A stretch of 64,000 nt of DNA, taken from Leucoraja erinacea (taxonomy: Eukaryota). The position numbers and the translations under genes are program-made. Below are positions 61,441 to 64,000 of the stretch, piece after piece (within the stretch, counting starts at the first letter, position 1; every line of letters begins with the position of its first letter). A model generated the notes under the pieces. It did not search any database. It saw only the letters and a list, made by a program, of their open reading frames with translations, and had not been told where the DNA came from. Location of the stretch: positions 5,456,001 to 5,520,000 of the forward strand of contig NC_073391.1 of NCBI RefSeq assembly GCF_028641065.1, in the 5' to 3' direction.

Positions 61441-62795
61441 ACCAACTGTTGAGCCTTCCTGAGGTGTTGTGTGCCTAACTCAATGAACCACCAATGAAGG
61501 GAGGTGCCCACTTGATAACCCCAATGATATACTTGCATCCACAGGATTCGTTTTTTTTTTAAAGAGAGTTAATATGTAGGTAGCTGGCTTTTTTTTTTGC
61601 ACATGGGGTAATTTATTGTAAATTGGTGTATTTAGTTAGTTAATACTTTGGTTTTGGGCTTGGTTTTCTTAGTTGAGTGCTTATCATGGAGTTATAGCAC
61701 AAGTACTTTGTGTTTTAATTGTAATTAGACAGCTCATGCATTTCTTCTGAACCTTATTTTCACACTCCAAATTTGAGACACTCATAAATCTCTGATAGTG
61801 CTGGACCAGAATATCCCTTCAATGTTTATGCTATGTCTTTATGTGAAACATCACCTGTAATCCATTGCAACGGTGGACTCCCTCTTCTGTTTCCTGCCGA
61901 CTACCAGCAACAGTATCATCTCTTTCTTCCTGTATATGACTGCATTTCTCTGTTCTACGATCTGCCCGCAGAGCCTGACAATGTAATTTGCCTTGTGTAT
62001 CATGTGTAAGCAGGATGGATGAATCTGCTGTGAAGGAGGGAACTGCAGATGCTGGTTTGCGCCAAAGATAAACACAAAATGCTGGAGTATCTCAGTGGGA
62101 CAGTCAGCATCTCTGGAGATAAGGAATAGATGATGTTTCAGGTCAAAACCTGACTCTGACGAAGAGTCTCGACCAGAAACGTCACCCATTTCTTCTCTCC
62201 AGAGATGCTGCATGGCCCGCTGAGTTGCTCCAGCATTTTGTGTCTATCTTGGATTAATCTGCTCATACTTTACTGATGATTCTACTGCTGGCCAATGTAG
62301 CTACTTTATGTGAAGAACCTTGTTCTCTATTTTCTTCATGCTAGAACATTGCTTTGCATCAAATCCCAGCCTTGATAAGAATGTAGTATCAACAGATTCC
62401 TTTGTGAAATATTTGCATAAGCAAACCAAGTGAAACAGCTATAAAACATATGCCTATAATTGAAGGCAATAACTCACAACTAGACTGCAATGTCTGGTGC
62501 AGTGATGCATCAAATTCTTATCACACAACACACTCATTCCTTAAAGGTAGGCTGGAGGGAATACAAGGAGGTGCCTGCCAGGAAGCATCATGACTCTTTG
62601 TCTGTATGTCCTTTGTTCAATGTGTGTGTATGATGTGTGAGTTATTGAGAAGGTTGAAAGTTGTGAGGAGTATAGGAGAGTGGAGGAGCTAACTGCTGAG
62701 GTGGGGTATGTGTCTGTGTGTGAGGTGAAGACTCAGAGCTGTGATCAATGTGATTGCCTGTGCTTCAAGGCAATAAAGGTGAGCTACACTCCTAA

Positions 62796-63135
62796 TGGGC
62801 GCGTCCCACTTACGCGACATATTCGGCGACTGCCGGCATCCGTCATAGGTCGTCGCAGGTCGGCGAAAATCTTCGACATGTTGAAAATTCAGCGGCGACC
62901 AGAAAGATGCTATGACTCTTTGGGCAACTGAGGAGACGACTCACGACCATCCAGGCGACACCCTGGCAACATCTCGTGGGGTGAAACCTGTATGGTCGTG
63001 AGTAGTCGCCCAAAGAGGCGTACCTTGTTCTGGTCGCCGCTGGATTTTCAACATGTCAAACATTTTCGGCGACCTGTAACGACCTATGACGGGTGATGGC
63101 AGTCGCCGAAAAAGTCGGGTAAGTGGGACGGGTCT
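62796..63135. mobile_element. Harbinger-like MITE
   Basis: CGTCCCACTTAC / GTAAGTGGGACG termini; interior related to 53413-53865. Confidence 0.75.
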
Positions 63136-63554
63136 ATACTGACAGAAGCACTAACGTTGACATATTGTAAAATGGTAGAAATTCTTCCTGCATTATTGTC
63201 TTGGACAGTGAACTGAAGTACGTTACACCTCAGCCACTTCCTCCTAGTCCAGCAAAAAGTCTTGCATGCTGGAGTGATCTGTTTTAGTAATCTTGATTGG
63301 AACCTAAATTGGAACATGGCATGAGGTAACTCCCCTGTCCTCTCTCACATCTCGTGTGAAAATGGCTGGGCATGTTTTGAATCTAGAAGGGTGATGATCA
63401 TTAGCTCGCCATACCAAATAGCTGACAAACTGTTTCTACATTAAATGCCTTGCTTATTATGGCACAAGGAGATGTGGTTCAACCTATCCAGTTGATGCCA
63501 GCGACAAGCAGAGCATTTCCATCAGTCCATTTTCTTTTTAGTCCAACACCTTGG

Positions 63555-63863
63555 GCGACATCTTGGTGGGGTAGCGGTAGAGTTGCTGCCTTGCAACGCT
63601 AGAGACCCGGGTTCGATCCTGACTACGGGGGCTGTCTGTATGGAGTTTGTATGTCTCCCCGTGATCTGCGTGGGTTTTCTCCGAGATCTTCAATTTCCTC
63701 CCACACTCCAAAAACGTGTAGGTTTGTAGGTTAATTGGTTTGTTATAAATGTAAACTGTCCCTAGTACGTGTAGGATTGTGTTTATGTGTGGGGATTGCT
63801 GGTCCGTGTGGACTCGGTGGGCCGAAGGACCAATTTCCGCGCTGAGTCTCTAAACTAAACTAA
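63555..63863 (+). mobile_element. V-SINE (HE1-like), full length
   Basis: B box GGTTCGATCC, V-domain core, (CTAAA)n tail. Confidence 0.82.
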
Positions 63864-64000
63864 ATGCAACATATTCCTTCTCAGGTGCCTTTTGATCATT
63901 TTGTCACATCATCATTTAGGGGTAATTTACAATAGCACTTGAATATCCCAGCCTGTTTTTCACTGTGGGTGGTTTTCGAGAAAGCAGAATACAGTAAAGG

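Noticed and set aside
60528-61538. Long ORFs spanning the Ns
   Set aside because: Artefacts of assembly gaps and hexamer repeats.

Overview
Repeat-dense vertebrate genomic DNA, most likely from a cartilaginous fish (skate/ray-like, inferred from HE1/V-SINE-type SINEs and the CR1 and Penelope repeat spectrum). The only host coding sequence I can support is two + strand exons of terminal deoxynucleotidyl transferase (DNTT/TdT): 1288-1411 and 13731-13863, which splice in frame to ...LFTSVFGVGVKTADKWY...MQRAG|FLYYED...TGGFRR. I found no further exon, so the rest is intronic. The introns hold four DIRS-type tyrosine-recombinase retrotransposon copies, three with complete ITR/ICR ends and all three bounded by AAT. 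They also hold many Harbinger-like MITEs, CR1, Rex1/Babar, L2, Tx1 and Hero-like LINEs, two solo LTRs, and many Penelope pseudo-LTR fragments carrying minimal hammerhead-ribozyme motifs. The most unusual object is a non-autonomous DIRS (3545-5990) with perfectly self-matching ends and a collapsed interior. It carries a U2 snRNA-derived cassette in its sense strand and, like its longer relatives, 30-42 nt GT..AG mini-intron-like motifs in its leader. Almost all ORFs in the supplied track are TE fragments or noise. Family names come from motif recognition, not database searches, and repeat boundaries are approximate unless TSDs/TIRs are quoted.
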